Shown piece by piece: positions 17,175 through 27,013 of a stretch of DNA of 64,000 bases. The notes beneath the pieces were generated by a model that was not told the DNA's origin, ran no database searches, and worked only from the letters and a program-made list of their open reading frames with translations. Made by a program: the position numbers and the translations under genes. The stretch's first letter is position 1. Every line of letters begins with the position of its first letter. The DNA is from an uncultured Candidatus Saccharibacteria bacterium (GTDB taxonomy: Bacteria > Patescibacteriota > Saccharimonadia > Saccharimonadales > JACDBH01), in NCBI GenBank assembly GCA_964644965.1, contig CAZXYN010000003.1, positions 35,742-99,741 of the forward strand. Reading direction: 5' to 3'.

Positions 17175-17897
17175 TTATTTTTCTTCTGTTTTGTCAGTCT
17201 TTTTTGCGGCGGTTGCTTTGCCGGTTTCGATAGCTGCTTTTGTGTAGTCAGCAATCAGTTGTAGAGCCTTGATGGCGTCATCGTTGCTTGGAATCGGGTA
17301 TGTAATGTCGCGAGGATCAGCGTTGGTGTCGCAAATTGCAACGATAGGAATACCGAGCTTCTTGGCTTCGGCAACAGCATTCTTGTCATGCGTTGGGTCA
17401 AAAACAAAGACTGCGCCAACCTTGGCATGCATTTCCTTAATACCACCGTACAGGAAGTTCATTTCGTCTATTTCTTCCTGGAAACGCTGTACTTCTAGTT
17501 TGTTGTACTTCTTAGCGAGCTCGCCTGATTCCATCTTGGCTTCTAGGTCTTTGAGGTGCTTGATACGTCCACCAATGGTGTTTTGGTTGGTCAACATACC
17601 ACCAGCCCAACGATCGACAACATATGGCATGTTGGTATCTAGTGCTAGCTGCTTGACGATTGTCTGTGCCTGGCGCTTGGTACCAACAAATAGTACTTGC
17701 TTGCCGCTGGCTGAGTTCTTGGTTAGGAAGCTTAGAGCTTCTTCTAGTTGTTCGACTGTTTTTGTTAGATCGATAATGTGACTACCACCACGTTTGCTGT
17801 GGATATATGGAGCCATTGCTGGATGCCAGCGTGAAGTTTTGTGGCCAAAATGTGCGCCGGCCGACAAAAGCGCCTTGATGTCTACGGTTGTAGCCAT
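17175..17897 (-). CDS. rpsB: 30S ribosomal protein S2
   Basis: 240 aa. MATTVDIKALLSAGAHFGHKTSRWHP... is a typical uS2 start. Confidence 0.97.
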   Translation of the reverse strand: MATTVDIKALLSAGAHFGHKTSRWHPAMAPYIHSKRGGSHIIDLTKTVEQLEEALSFLTKNSASGKQVLFVGTKRQAQTIVKQLALDTNMPYVVDRWAGGMLTNQNTIGGRIKHLKDLEAKMESGELAKKYNKLEVQRFQEEIDEMNFLYGGIKEMHAKVGAVFVFDPTHDKNAVAEAKKLGIPIVAICDTNADPRDITYPIPSNDDAIKALQLIADYTKAAIETGKATAAKKTDKTEEK

Positions 17898-18072
17898 TGA
17901 TATAAATCCTTCCTCTTCGGTACGGTGCTAGCTCGACTGTTCCTACATAGATACAGCCAAGAGGATTTTGCCTTGTCCCGCACTTTTTCCGCTTCCGGGC
18001 AGTCTGCAATCAGATTGCGAGGAAGAGCGAAATGGTGCCTGGGATCCGCCCTGCTTAATAATTGACTATTGT

Positions 18073-18101
18073 ATTCTAGCAAGAAATCACCTCTGTTGCA
18101 A
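18073..18101 (-). promoter_or_regulatory. Sigma70-like promoter of rpsB-tsf
   Basis: Minus strand reads TTGCAA (18101-18096), a 17-nt spacer, then TAGAAT (18078-18073). This predicts a ~170-nt leader before the rpsB ATG. Confidence 0.55.
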
Positions 18102-18109
18102 GCAGTGTC

Positions 18110-19999
18110 TTACTTTAGATTTCTTTTGATAGCAGCTGTTATCTGCCTACGGTCTGGTCTTTGACTGCTTTTTTTGACGGAGAAGACATTTCCAAACTCT
18201 TTAAGTAATACTAGAGTAACTATATCCTCTTTGGTCAATGTTTTACTATCCCGACTAATGATCCCGTTCTCTACAGCATTTTTCACAAAGCTGGATGTCA
18301 TAAAGCTCATGCCTTCTACTCCTTGGAGCGATCTTGAACCTTTGCCAACCATATTATACTTATTGGCCAGATCTAACACTTCTTTAATTCGTTCGTCCAG
18401 GATATCGTCGAATTGAGCTTTTTCATTACCTGTAATTCTAACGTCATGCAGCTCTTGGTCTGGCTGTTCAATAGCATCAGCAATGCTCTCAGGCACTACA
18501 TTTTCGATAGCAACAGGAACCTCTGGCTGCTCACCCGTGGACTCGTTCTGTGGGTCTAAAACCAAGGGTGTTGCTTCATCGGGAATGGCAGCTAGACGCT
18601 GGCCTTCTTCGATCTTTTCTAGGACTGTGCCATCAGAAAGCTGATGATAAGACTGGATACTATCCACCTGGACACCGCTTGTGAAGCTCCCCATCTTTTC
18701 CGTTATAACGGTCCTGGGTGTCGACTCTGCAAGCTTATCGAGCAAAAATTTCCGCTGGTCTTCTTCGAACTCCAACAGGTACTGGAACAGCTGGAAACGG
18801 TTGTCTTTTTCCGGCATGTTGTCTATATCATCCATAACGATATCTGCATCGCTAAAGTACCGGCACACCTTATCAATCACGGCTTTACGTGCGGTATTTA
18901 TGTCCCCACCATATGGTGATAGTTCGACCATCATATTGGTCTGTTTAAACCCATCACGAAGACCCTTTAATACAGTGTCGTTATCCATAACAGGTATCTC
19001 AAACGTTCGTAGAATATCTGACCGCAGCTCAAGGTACTCCGCAAGCAGCAATGATTCAGCATGATTGAGCGGGAAACTTATGACCGGCTGGTCAACTTTA
19101 GCTTCTATAGTCTTTTCTGCTCCGAACCGCTTGCCAGCTTCTTTTGCCTTTGTCACAGAAATATCACCTGCATCTGTTGTAAGTTCTTCGGTCTGGGGCT
19201 GTCCTCGCTTCGTAGAGGTTGTTTTTATAACTTCTTTTATTGTGACGTTTGGATTAGAAATAACATATGCAGAGCCAAGGCCGCGTTTGCCATTGTGCTG
19301 GACTATTTGCTGACGTCTGAATGTCAGCTGGTTAAGCCAGCCACGTATTTGAGACATTTCATCCCGTTCAAATTCCTTATCGCCAAAAGCTTCTTTCCAT
19401 AAATCAGAAACGATCACTTCTTCGCCTGCATGCTCTACCAATACCTTTAGTACAGCCTTTCGTTCTTCACTGTAATCCCTTTGATTTTTTGCGTAAGCTT
19501 TAGATAGAGCAATGTATTTGCCCGTTTTACCAAGTTTTACACCATCCTCCTGGATGGTAATTTCAATGGCTGGGTATTGCTGGTCAGTCTCTTTGCCAGA
19601 AATAGCTTCCGAAGCCTGAGGTGATACTTCTACTACGGACGCTTCCTGCTCGATCAGATCAAAGCGGCGGTACAGGTTAAGGATGTGTCGGTTCCGCTCG
19701 CTACTGAGAATCCCAGCTTTCTGCTGTTCAATAACATCTTTATCGACAAGACCAAGATCAACTGCCGTTGAAAGCTGGTCTATTTCCTCAAGCGACTGCA
19801 TAATCTGGCGACCGTAGGTTCTTATTTTTCTCTGGATATCTGGATCCTGTTCGAATCCGGCTATTCTAGTGTTTGCTGTTTCTACAGCTTGCTCAATTAC
19901 GGGACGTAAAACATTGGTCGCACCACCTAGCATATCGCCAAGTTTATCGCGCTCATCTATAAGGCTAAAATATTCTTCAAAATCATGATTTTGTGACAT
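18110..19999 (-). CDS. Large hypothetical protein (630 aa) with an internal OmpR/PhoB-type winged-helix-like segment
   Basis: I prefer the start at MSQNHDFEEYF (ATG 19999). The 41 upstream residues of the track ORF are Cys/Tyr-rich junk that overlaps the rpmE promoter. Residues ~150-250 (..YSEERKAVLKVLVEHAGEEVIVSDLWKEAFG...IRGWLNQL...GLGSAYVI) resemble a trans_reg_C wHTH. The rest is acidic and unassigned. Confidence 0.6.
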   Translation of the reverse strand: MSQNHDFEEYFSLIDERDKLGDMLGGATNVLRPVIEQAVETANTRIAGFEQDPDIQRKIRTYGRQIMQSLEEIDQLSTAVDLGLVDKDVIEQQKAGILSSERNRHILNLYRRFDLIEQEASVVEVSPQASEAISGKETDQQYPAIEITIQEDGVKLGKTGKYIALSKAYAKNQRDYSEERKAVLKVLVEHAGEEVIVSDLWKEAFGDKEFERDEMSQIRGWLNQLTFRRQQIVQHNGKRGLGSAYVISNPNVTIKEVIKTTSTKRGQPQTEELTTDAGDISVTKAKEAGKRFGAEKTIEAKVDQPVISFPLNHAESLLLAEYLELRSDILRTFEIPVMDNDTVLKGLRDGFKQTNMMVELSPYGGDINTARKAVIDKVCRYFSDADIVMDDIDNMPEKDNRFQLFQYLLEFEEDQRKFLLDKLAESTPRTVITEKMGSFTSGVQVDSIQSYHQLSDGTVLEKIEEGQRLAAIPDEATPLVLDPQNESTGEQPEVPVAIENVVPESIADAIEQPDQELHDVRITGNEKAQFDDILDERIKEVLDLANKYNMVGKGSRSLQGVEGMSFMTSSFVKNAVENGIISRDSKTLTKEDIVTLVLLKEFGNVFSVKKSSQRPDRRQITAAIKRNLK

Positions 20000-20061
20000 A
20001 ACGTATATATTATCATATATACACCTATGAGTCAAGTATATTTTGTAATGATTGCTTCCTG

Positions 20062-20090
20062 TTGACCGAAGTGATACAGATGTGTATAAT
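20062..20090 (+). promoter_or_regulatory. Near-consensus promoter of rpmE, predicting a (nearly) leaderless mRNA
   Basis: TTGACC (20062-20067), a 17-nt spacer, then TATAAT (20085-20090). The ATG is at 20100, only 9 nt after the -10 box, and there is no SD. Confidence 0.6.
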
Positions 20091-20099
20091 AGCCCGAGT

Positions 20100-20426
20100 A
20101 TGAAAAAAGATTTACACCACAAAGATTATCGACTTGTTGTTTTTGAGGACCTGAATAACGGTACCCGTTTTTTGACACGCTCAACTGTAGCAACCGAAGA
20201 AACAACCAAATGGGAAGACGGCAGCGAATACCCACTTGTAAAAGTTCATATCTCTAGCGCCTCTCACCCATTCTTTACTGGCGAAGAGCGCATTGTTGAC
20301 ATCGAAGGCCGCGTCGACAAGTTCAAAGCCCGCGAAGAAGCCGCCAAAAAAGCTCGCGAGGAACGCAGTAGCAAAAAGCCACGAAAATCTGAAAGCAAAG
20401 CAGAAGCCAAAAAACTCGGCGCTTAG
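20100..20426 (+). CDS. rpmE: 50S ribosomal protein L31, type B (no zinc-binding cysteines), with a Lys-rich C-terminal tail
   Basis: [29 protein letters not shown]...[20 protein letters not shown] is the L31 type B pattern. The start is taken at ATG 20100 rather than the track start at 20052. Confidence 0.9.
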   Translation: MKKDLHHKDYRLVVFEDLNNGTRFLTRSTVATEETTKWEDGSEYPLVKVHISSASHPFFTGEERIVDIEGRVDKFKAREEAAKKAREERSSKKPRKSESKAEAKKLGA

Positions 20427-20442
20427 CTACTTTTGATAATCT

Positions 20443-20476
20443 AAACCGTCATTCCCCGGGAATGACGGTTTTTTTG
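20443..20476. terminator. Bidirectional intrinsic terminator between convergent rpmE and the 190-aa ORF
   Basis: A perfect 13-bp stem pairs aaaccgtcattcc (20443-20455) with ggaatgacggttt (20459-20471) around the loop ccg. It is followed by TTTTT on the + strand. Confidence 0.85.
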
Positions 20477-21049
20477 TTAGTGGTGGCTAATTACTCTGTC
20501 ACGCCCACCATTGGGATCACGAGCGACCGCAAACTGGTGTGGGCTCCTAGATCGATCCTGCTCCGAGGCAGGCTGACGTATACGCGTAACGTTATGTGCG
20601 GAAGGCGAATTACTCTTTATAACTAAACGGTCCTCTTCGTCGATTACCATGCCAAGCTGATCAGGTGCTGTGGTTATAGGCAGTTCGCCCTGACCCTTGT
20701 ATGCCTTACCTAGCCCGAGTGGTTCGCCTTTTCCTACCCAGGCACCAAACAAAAATTTACCCGTGTTATCACTGACATGCACCACCATACGGTCCCTGAT
20801 GGCTGGGTCATCAATATCAAGTACTCTTGCAGTCGCAAAGGTTGCTTCGTTTCCAAAATCAACCTCTGCCACAACATAGCCTTGTAGCTTCGTGCCATTA
20901 CCTTCAAGGGTGGTGCGATTTTCCCTGCAGTCGTAAGTATCAATGGCTACCGCCTGGTCTGGGCCAAGAATAAACCCTTCACCTTGAAGCTCATGTGAGG
21001 AAAGCTGTTCGATTGCTGAGTGTGGTGTGCTGGGGTAGGTTTCGGTCAT
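20477..21049 (-). CDS. Hypothetical protein
   Basis: 190-aa ORF with no family recognised. It is convergent with rpmE and shares the terminator. Confidence 0.5.
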   Translation of the reverse strand: MTETYPSTPHSAIEQLSSHELQGEGFILGPDQAVAIDTYDCRENRTTLEGNGTKLQGYVVAEVDFGNEATFATARVLDIDDPAIRDRMVVHVSDNTGKFLFGAWVGKGEPLGLGKAYKGQGELPITTAPDQLGMVIDEEDRLVIKSNSPSAHNVTRIRQPASEQDRSRSPHQFAVARDPNGGRDRVISHH

Positions 21050-21185
21050 AATGTTTGTTTTTTAGTTTATTACTGTAACATCATACCAAAATACTTATGT
21101 TTTGTCAATACTTTATGTAATGTTAGATTTTAAATAGCAATTGACCCTGGCATTTGACCCCTGTAATCTGTATACTACAGAGGTT

Positions 21186-22241
21186 ATGAACGAAAAGGTA
21201 CAGGCCTACCGGTCAGAACTCGAATCCCTGGAAGCAAGAATGCAGGATCCTGGCATCTTCAGCACACCCGAGTACCCCAAGCTGGCTAAACGGCTGAGTG
21301 ATGTTCAGAATCTAGTAAGCCTCTTTGACGAACTTGCAAAGTCAGAAAAGCAAAAAATTGAAACAGAGGAATTAGCTAAAGGTAATGACGAGCTGGCAGA
21401 CTTGGCTCGCCTAGAGCTTGATGAGCTAAATTTGAAAATTGAAAATTGTAAATTGAAAATTGCGGAGCTACTAACACCCAAGGATCCAAATGACGAGCGT
21501 GATGCAATTATCGAAATCCGGGCGGCAGCTGGTGGTGATGAATCTAGCTTGTTTGCGGCCGAATTATATAGAATGTACAGTCGCTACTGCGAAGTGCATG
21601 GACTGAAAGTAGAGCTGCTGAGCGAAAGTCCATCTGAAGCCGGCGGTTTCAAGGAGATTAGCTTCGAGGTCAAGGGCGCAGAGGCCTACGGCCAGCTCAA
21701 ATTCGAGGGCGGCGTACACCGTGTACAGCGCGTGCCAGCCACCGAATCACAAGGACGAATTCATACCAGTACCGTCACTGTTGCTGTTATGCCTGAGGCT
21801 GAAGAGACAGATGTTGAGATCAAGGAATCAGATCTAAAGGTCGATACATACCGTGCATCTGGGCACGGTGGTCAATCTGTTAATACTACCGATTCAGCAG
21901 TTCGTATTACGCATGTTCCAACCGGAATTGTTGTCACCAACCAAGATGAAAAATCACAAATAAAGAACCGGCTCAAGGCCATGAGCGTACTCCGTTCTCG
22001 CCTGCTGCAGGCCAAGATTGATGAGGATAATGCCAAGGCTTCAGAGCAACGAAAATCGCTCATAGGTTCTGGTGATCGCAGCGAAAAAATCCGTACCTAT
22101 AACTTCCCCCAGGATCGTATTACTGATCACCGCATTGGCTACTCTAGATCCAACATACCAGCTGCGCTAGCTGGGCAGATAGAAGATTTACTCGAGGAGC
22201 TGCACAAGGCTGAGCATGAGCTACTCTCTAGTGAAAGTTAA
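21186..22241 (+). CDS. prfA: Peptide chain release factor 1
   Basis: PAT tripeptide ([14 protein letters not shown]) and GGQ motif ([19 protein letters not shown]). The start is taken at MNEKVQAYR (ATG 21186). Confidence 0.96.
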   Translation: MNEKVQAYRSELESLEARMQDPGIFSTPEYPKLAKRLSDVQNLVSLFDELAKSEKQKIETEELAKGNDELADLARLELDELNLKIENCKLKIAELLTPKDPNDERDAIIEIRAAAGGDESSLFAAELYRMYSRYCEVHGLKVELLSESPSEAGGFKEISFEVKGAEAYGQLKFEGGVHRVQRVPATESQGRIHTSTVTVAVMPEAEETDVEIKESDLKVDTYRASGHGGQSVNTTDSAVRITHVPTGIVVTNQDEKSQIKNRLKAMSVLRSRLLQAKIDEDNAKASEQRKSLIGSGDRSEKIRTYNFPQDRITDHRIGYSRSNIPAALAGQIEDLLEELHKAEHELLSSES

Positions 22242-23043
22242 TGATTGGTTGAGCCAAGCCACTAAAACTCTGTCTGACGCTCAGATTTCTACTGCAAGAT
22301 TAGATTCATTGATTCTATTAGAAGACGCCACGGGTAAAGACCGCGCTTGGTTACTAGCCCACCCCGACACCCTTCTACAAGGTGACATCTTGCAGAAGTT
22401 GAAAATGCAAGTGGAGCGGCGTGCCGCCCACGAACCACTCGCCTATATTCGTGGCAAAAGTGAATTCTATGGTCGTGAATTTTTGATAACACCAGACACC
22501 TTGCAACCACGCCCAGAGACAGAAACTATGCTCGAACTTTTGTTCGAGCAAGTTAAAAGTAGAAAGTTGAAAGTTGAAAGTATTATTGATGTAGGCACTG
22601 GGTCGGGCGCAATTGCGATTACTGTCAAGCTGGAACTTCCAGAACTGTCTGTAAGCGCGACAGACATTAGCCAACCCGCACTAAGTATTGCACAAAAAAA
22701 TGCCGACAAACTTCAGGCAAAAGTCGCTTTCTACGAAGGAGATTTGCTTGAGCCGATAGACAATAACTTCGATATCGTACTCGCAAACTTACCATATGTT
22801 CCGACTGGTCATGAGATCAACCAAGCCGCCATGCAAGAACCGAGCATTGCTATCTTTGGCGGTGAAGATGGACTGGATTTGTACCGTAGAATGTTTGAAC
22901 AAATTTCGAAACTTAGTTCTAAGCCCAAATATATATTGACTGAATCATTGCCCTATCAGCACGCAGCGCTAGCTGGCATTGCTAAAGTAAGTGGATTTAA
23001 GCTGAGCAGTACTAAAGATTTTATTCAGCAGTTTGAATCTTAG
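22216..23043 (+). CDS. prmC: Release-factor glutamine N5-methyltransferase PrmC/HemK
   Basis: 275 aa. SAM motif [11 protein letters not shown] and an NPPY variant NLPYV. It overlaps the prfA 3' end by 26 nt. Confidence 0.9.
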   Translation: MSYSLVKVNDWLSQATKTLSDAQISTARLDSLILLEDATGKDRAWLLAHPDTLLQGDILQKLKMQVERRAAHEPLAYIRGKSEFYGREFLITPDTLQPRPETETMLELLFEQVKSRKLKVESIIDVGTGSGAIAITVKLELPELSVSATDISQPALSIAQKNADKLQAKVAFYEGDLLEPIDNNFDIVLANLPYVPTGHEINQAAMQEPSIAIFGGEDGLDLYRRMFEQISKLSSKPKYILTESLPYQHAALAGIAKVSGFKLSSTKDFIQQFES

Positions 23044-24263
23044 TTTTGTGGTGCAGCTTCGAGCTTAACGCTCAAGGTCTTCTCTTCACCATCACGGATT
23101 ATTTTGAGCTCAACCGTATCACCGACGCTAAATCTACCAAGAACAGATACAAGGCTGTTTTTGTCATCTATTTTACTACCGTTAACGGCAATTATTATGT
23201 CCTTTTCCTCAAGACCTGCATCATCTGCTGGGCTGTCTTTGAGAATCGAGGATTGGCCGTTCTGACTTGGTGCAATATAAGCGCCTCGTTTGGTGTCTAG
23301 GTTGTAGTAATAAGCAGCATCATCAGTCAGAGATACATACCGTACACCCAAATATGGACGTTCTAGCTTGCCGTTCTTTTGCACACTGGCAATCAGACCC
23401 TTGATGTCATTAATCGGTATTGCAAAGCCTAGGTTCTGACCGTCGGCAACAGCTACATTTATGGCAATCACTTCACCGTTCAGGTTCATAAGTGGACCGC
23501 CGGAGTTGCCAGGATTGATAGCCGCATCCGTCTGGAAGAGGTTCTGGAGTGATTCGATCGAGCCACCGTCGTTGGCTTTTACATCACGTCCATAGCCAGA
23601 CAATATTCCACTGGTCACAGTGTTTTCGAACTGTCCAAGAGCATTGCCAATGGCTATAACCCGATCACCGACCTGCATCTCTGAAGAATCACCAATTCGA
23701 GCCACCGTAAGTTTCTGGCCCTTGGTATCGTTTATCTTTAGGAATGCGATATCTAGCGGATCGCTATTGGCTGTACGGCCAATAACCTCTACATCATCAA
23801 GTATGGTGCCGTCAGATAGTGTCACGCTGACAGAGCTAACACCTTCAGGAACCACGTGTCTGTTAGTTATAACAACACCATCATCACTGATGATTACACC
23901 CGTGCCTGCACCCTCTTGTTCAGATTGTTGAGGCCCAAAGATTCCCTGATAAGTTGTTCGAGAAGTAACACTAATAGATACAACGCTCGGGCCAGCTTGT
24001 TCAGTGATCTCGCTGATCAACTCACCTTCACTTGATACGATTTGTTGGCGAGTGTTTGACGAGAATGAATTATCTACAGGCCCTTCCGCTGAGGTTCCTA
24101 CTATGCCACCAGCAAAGCCCGCCGCAGCTGCAACCAGCACAAGTAAGCCAGTCTTTGCGGCGTTAACTTTAGTATCATTATTGTCGGATTTGCGCTGCAC
24201 AGGCTTAATGGTCGCAGCTGGCGCTTCTTTCCGCTTGTCTGTTTCTTGGTTTTCCGAGTTCAT
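23040..24263 (-). CDS. HtrA/DegP-family serine protease with one PDZ domain, N-terminal membrane anchor
   Basis: 407 aa. Catalytic residues sit in TNRHVV and GNSGGPL contexts, with a PDZ-like C-terminus. Confidence 0.9.
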   Translation of the reverse strand: MNSENQETDKRKEAPAATIKPVQRKSDNNDTKVNAAKTGLLVLVAAAAGFAGGIVGTSAEGPVDNSFSSNTRQQIVSSEGELISEITEQAGPSVVSISVTSRTTYQGIFGPQQSEQEGAGTGVIISDDGVVITNRHVVPEGVSSVSVTLSDGTILDDVEVIGRTANSDPLDIAFLKINDTKGQKLTVARIGDSSEMQVGDRVIAIGNALGQFENTVTSGILSGYGRDVKANDGGSIESLQNLFQTDAAINPGNSGGPLMNLNGEVIAINVAVADGQNLGFAIPINDIKGLIASVQKNGKLERPYLGVRYVSLTDDAAYYYNLDTKRGAYIAPSQNGQSSILKDSPADDAGLEEKDIIIAVNGSKIDDKNSLVSVLGRFSVGDTVELKIIRDGEEKTLSVKLEAAPQN

Positions 24264-24326
24264 CTTCTGCTCCGTTATCTTTTGTGCAATTGTAGACTCT
24301 GCCGCTGAGAATTAACTTAAGAGTAT

Positions 24327-25076
24327 CTAGATTGTTTTATCACCCCAGCTAGAAAACAGCACAATTACAATAATAACCGCGCTCATAATGAGCAATATCT
24401 CACGTTTTACAAGTGTTGATAGCCGGTCAAAGTTTTCTAAATAATAAAGCGTGGCCAGACCATAAGACAGTACCGACAGTATTAGCACTGGCTGGGCTAG
24501 AAAGCCGTAGTACAGTAGCCAGTGCCCAAGCACCCACGTCATAGCAGCGGCAAAATAGCCCCAGATGTGAGACAGCATGGAGCCTAGAGGCTCGTCAAAA
24601 GTACTAAAGAAGTGCCTTGCTGACAAGTAACATATAATCCAAGAGGCTAGGACCAATAGCACGAGTGATGAACGCCCCCAAAGAAGATAAACAGCCGTTA
24701 AGCCCATAAACTGGCCAATTGCTGCTTGTAGCGAGATCCAGAAAGTCTTTGAGCGAGGCTTAATAACAAGCAGCCAGAACTCAAAGGCACCGAGCCAGAC
24801 AAGTTGCCAGGCCGTTGTAGGCGCCTGAGCCATAAATACGACAAAAGATAGCCCAGCAATAATATCTATGGCATTAGCACGAATATTTGCTGGCCAGTGA
24901 CGAGGCCTTACGGCGAACATTCGCCACTTACTCAGAATAACAATACCGTATGCCAGAGGCAGGATTGACCACCTAATAAAAACAAACGCCAAGATTGGTA
25001 GGATTACTACCAATGCCCAGTGCAATATTCTACTAAAGCCACTGGCGGGCTTAATTTTGGCTACTGCTCGTCTCAT
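24327..25076 (-). CDS. Polytopic membrane protein, unknown function
   Basis: 249 aa with ~7 hydrophobic segments. It overlaps the upstream LCP gene by 26 nt. Confidence 0.6.
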   Translation of the reverse strand: MRRAVAKIKPASGFSRILHWALVVILPILAFVFIRWSILPLAYGIVILSKWRMFAVRPRHWPANIRANAIDIIAGLSFVVFMAQAPTTAWQLVWLGAFEFWLLVIKPRSKTFWISLQAAIGQFMGLTAVYLLWGRSSLVLLVLASWIICYLSARHFFSTFDEPLGSMLSHIWGYFAAAMTWVLGHWLLYYGFLAQPVLILSVLSYGLATLYYLENFDRLSTLVKREILLIMSAVIIVIVLFSSWGDKTI

Positions 25077-26826
25077 TGCTGCCTAGTATTATAACAAAGT
25101 CAGCATCAGAAACGTCGATAGAATTATCAGGCATTGCTGATACGGCTTTTACCCCAAGACGTTTTTCCAAATAATTTAGCGTATATTTGTTTATTCCTGA
25201 TCGCAAATCAATTAATACCGTGTTTTGGTAGGTAGATGTCGGCGCATCACCAACAGATGAAACATTATAGCCAAATGATTTTAGTTCGTCGCTTTTCTTG
25301 GTCGCAAGACCTGGTGTATTGGTGCCATTCAGAATCATTACCTTGGCATCTTCTTTCTTAAGAAAAGCGTCGCGCATGACGTTCCTGACATAATTTTGAA
25401 TCTCCGAGTAGTCAAACGTCCCTGCTTTTGGTACCTGCACTGACAAGCCGTTCAACATATCACCAACCACAAATTCATCTAGTCCTACAGACACAACTTT
25501 GTCGCCCGATATCTCTTTACCAATATCATAGAGTCGTAGCATTTCGTTAACACTAAAGTCAGTTGAAAGTTGACCAGAGAAATCACTCATAAGTTGGTTG
25601 AGCTTGACTGGATTGGCTAGTGTTCCAGTACTGAGAACCTTGTCCTTTAGCCCAAGTATGACAGCACGCTGCCTCTCAGAGCGGGCAAAGTCACCTTTGG
25701 CACTTGTTTTTCTGGAACGTGAGAATGCTAAACCTCTAACACCGTCGAAGTGCTCCCAACCCTCATCGACATCTAGATAGTACCTGCCGACATTTGTTAG
25801 CCACATGCTCTCAGAGACTGCCATATCTTCGCTAACATTAATATCGATTCCACCAACGGTATCTATGGCTTTACGAAAGCCAACAAAATCAATCATGCCG
25901 TAGTAATGAAGAGGTATGCCCATAGTTTCGCTCACCACATCTTGGATTGCATTAATACCAGCTTTCTCAGCCTTTTCGGCTGCCTCATTGGAATCACGAT
26001 CGGCGTAAGAGTAACTATCTAGTTTGGAACTTTTTGCGTCGGCATAAACCTGATTAATCTTAGACTTGTAGCCAGATGGTTGTTCAACCCAGAAGTCACG
26101 CGGAATGCTCAGCAGTGCTGCTTCTTTTGCGATTGGATCAATACTAGCAACAATAATTGTATCTGTTAGATCGGGACCTGATTGTTGCTCTGGACCACCT
26201 TTGCCAAGGATTAATATATTAATACGGCCGTCGCCTTCCCCGCGTAGCTGTGATGGATCAACATCTTGGTTGTGTAGTAATGCTGAGTTACCACCACCCT
26301 TGAATATATTTCGACTAATTAGAAAGGCTCTTAGGGCAAGTCCGCAACCAATAAGTATAAGGACGGTTGCGAATGCAGCACCGACTTTTAGCTTCCAGCT
26401 TTTTGGCTTCTTTGCCTTTGTCTTATCCTTATTGCGCCGAAAACGGCTGAGGAATGACTTCTTGTCTTTTTTTGGCTTTTTAGAATCAGATTTGGTGTAG
26501 CCAGATTTTGCAGATACTTCCGGAGATTCGAATTCTGCTTGATTGAAGTGCTTATCTTCAAATGCTTTAGAGATATCGGCAGACTGCTTTTGCTGACGGC
26601 TGGACGATATAGCGGCTGGACGATTAGACACAAAACCATCGACACTCTTGCTAAAGCTGTCGATACGTCGTATCTCCTCTGAGGCGCCACTTTTGATGGT
26701 AGGTTTGTGATAACGATTGAACGAATGCAAACCACCCTGACTACCACCTTTTGGTGGTGTCGAGCCGCCTACAAAGCCGTCTATAGAACTTTGGGGTCTG
26801 TGTTTTTGGAATCTTTTATCATTCAT
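25051..26826 (-). CDS. LytR-CpsA-Psr (LCP) family cell-envelope phosphotransferase with long disordered N-terminus and LytR_C-like C-domain
   Basis: 591 aa. TM anchor, then GKGGPEQQSGPDLTDTIIVASIDPIAKEAALLSIPRDFWV (LCP core). Confidence 0.85.
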   Translation of the reverse strand: MNDKRFQKHRPQSSIDGFVGGSTPPKGGSQGGLHSFNRYHKPTIKSGASEEIRRIDSFSKSVDGFVSNRPAAISSSRQQKQSADISKAFEDKHFNQAEFESPEVSAKSGYTKSDSKKPKKDKKSFLSRFRRNKDKTKAKKPKSWKLKVGAAFATVLILIGCGLALRAFLISRNIFKGGGNSALLHNQDVDPSQLRGEGDGRINILILGKGGPEQQSGPDLTDTIIVASIDPIAKEAALLSIPRDFWVEQPSGYKSKINQVYADAKSSKLDSYSYADRDSNEAAEKAEKAGINAIQDVVSETMGIPLHYYGMIDFVGFRKAIDTVGGIDINVSEDMAVSESMWLTNVGRYYLDVDEGWEHFDGVRGLAFSRSRKTSAKGDFARSERQRAVILGLKDKVLSTGTLANPVKLNQLMSDFSGQLSTDFSVNEMLRLYDIGKEISGDKVVSVGLDEFVVGDMLNGLSVQVPKAGTFDYSEIQNYVRNVMRDAFLKKEDAKVMILNGTNTPGLATKKSDELKSFGYNVSSVGDAPTSTYQNTVLIDLRSGINKYTLNYLEKRLGVKAVSAMPDNSIDVSDADFVIILGSNETSSSQN

Positions 26827-27013
26827 ATAATTAACTCACGTAGTATAACTTTTATAGGCTCTAGCGTAAACTGCAAGAATCCAAGATATACTCAGTCAAA
26901 TCACTACTGTAAAGGTCTAATCCTTAGAAACAACTGAATTTATCAGCTGTTTTTCATTGTTGGTTTGCCGCCTATCATTAGCACTTAGTTTGCGCTATAG
27001 TTTAGGACTGAAC

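Noticed and set aside
17782-18082. 75-aa and 66-aa minus-strand ORFs upstream of and overlapping the rpsB start
   Set aside because: They lie in the predicted rpsB leader and overlap the rpsB N-terminus out of frame. Their composition is Arg/Cys-rich and they have no SD.
21410-21470. gaaaattg heptamer repeats inside prfA (and agttgaaag repeats inside prmC, 22545-22585) that resemble intergenic micro-repeats, considered as possible repeat insertions into genes
   Set aside because: The encoded residues ([17 protein letters not shown]; [11 protein letters not shown]) align without an insertion to the normal RF1 coiled-coil and PrmC linker lengths. These are ordinary coding sequence with a coincidental word bias.
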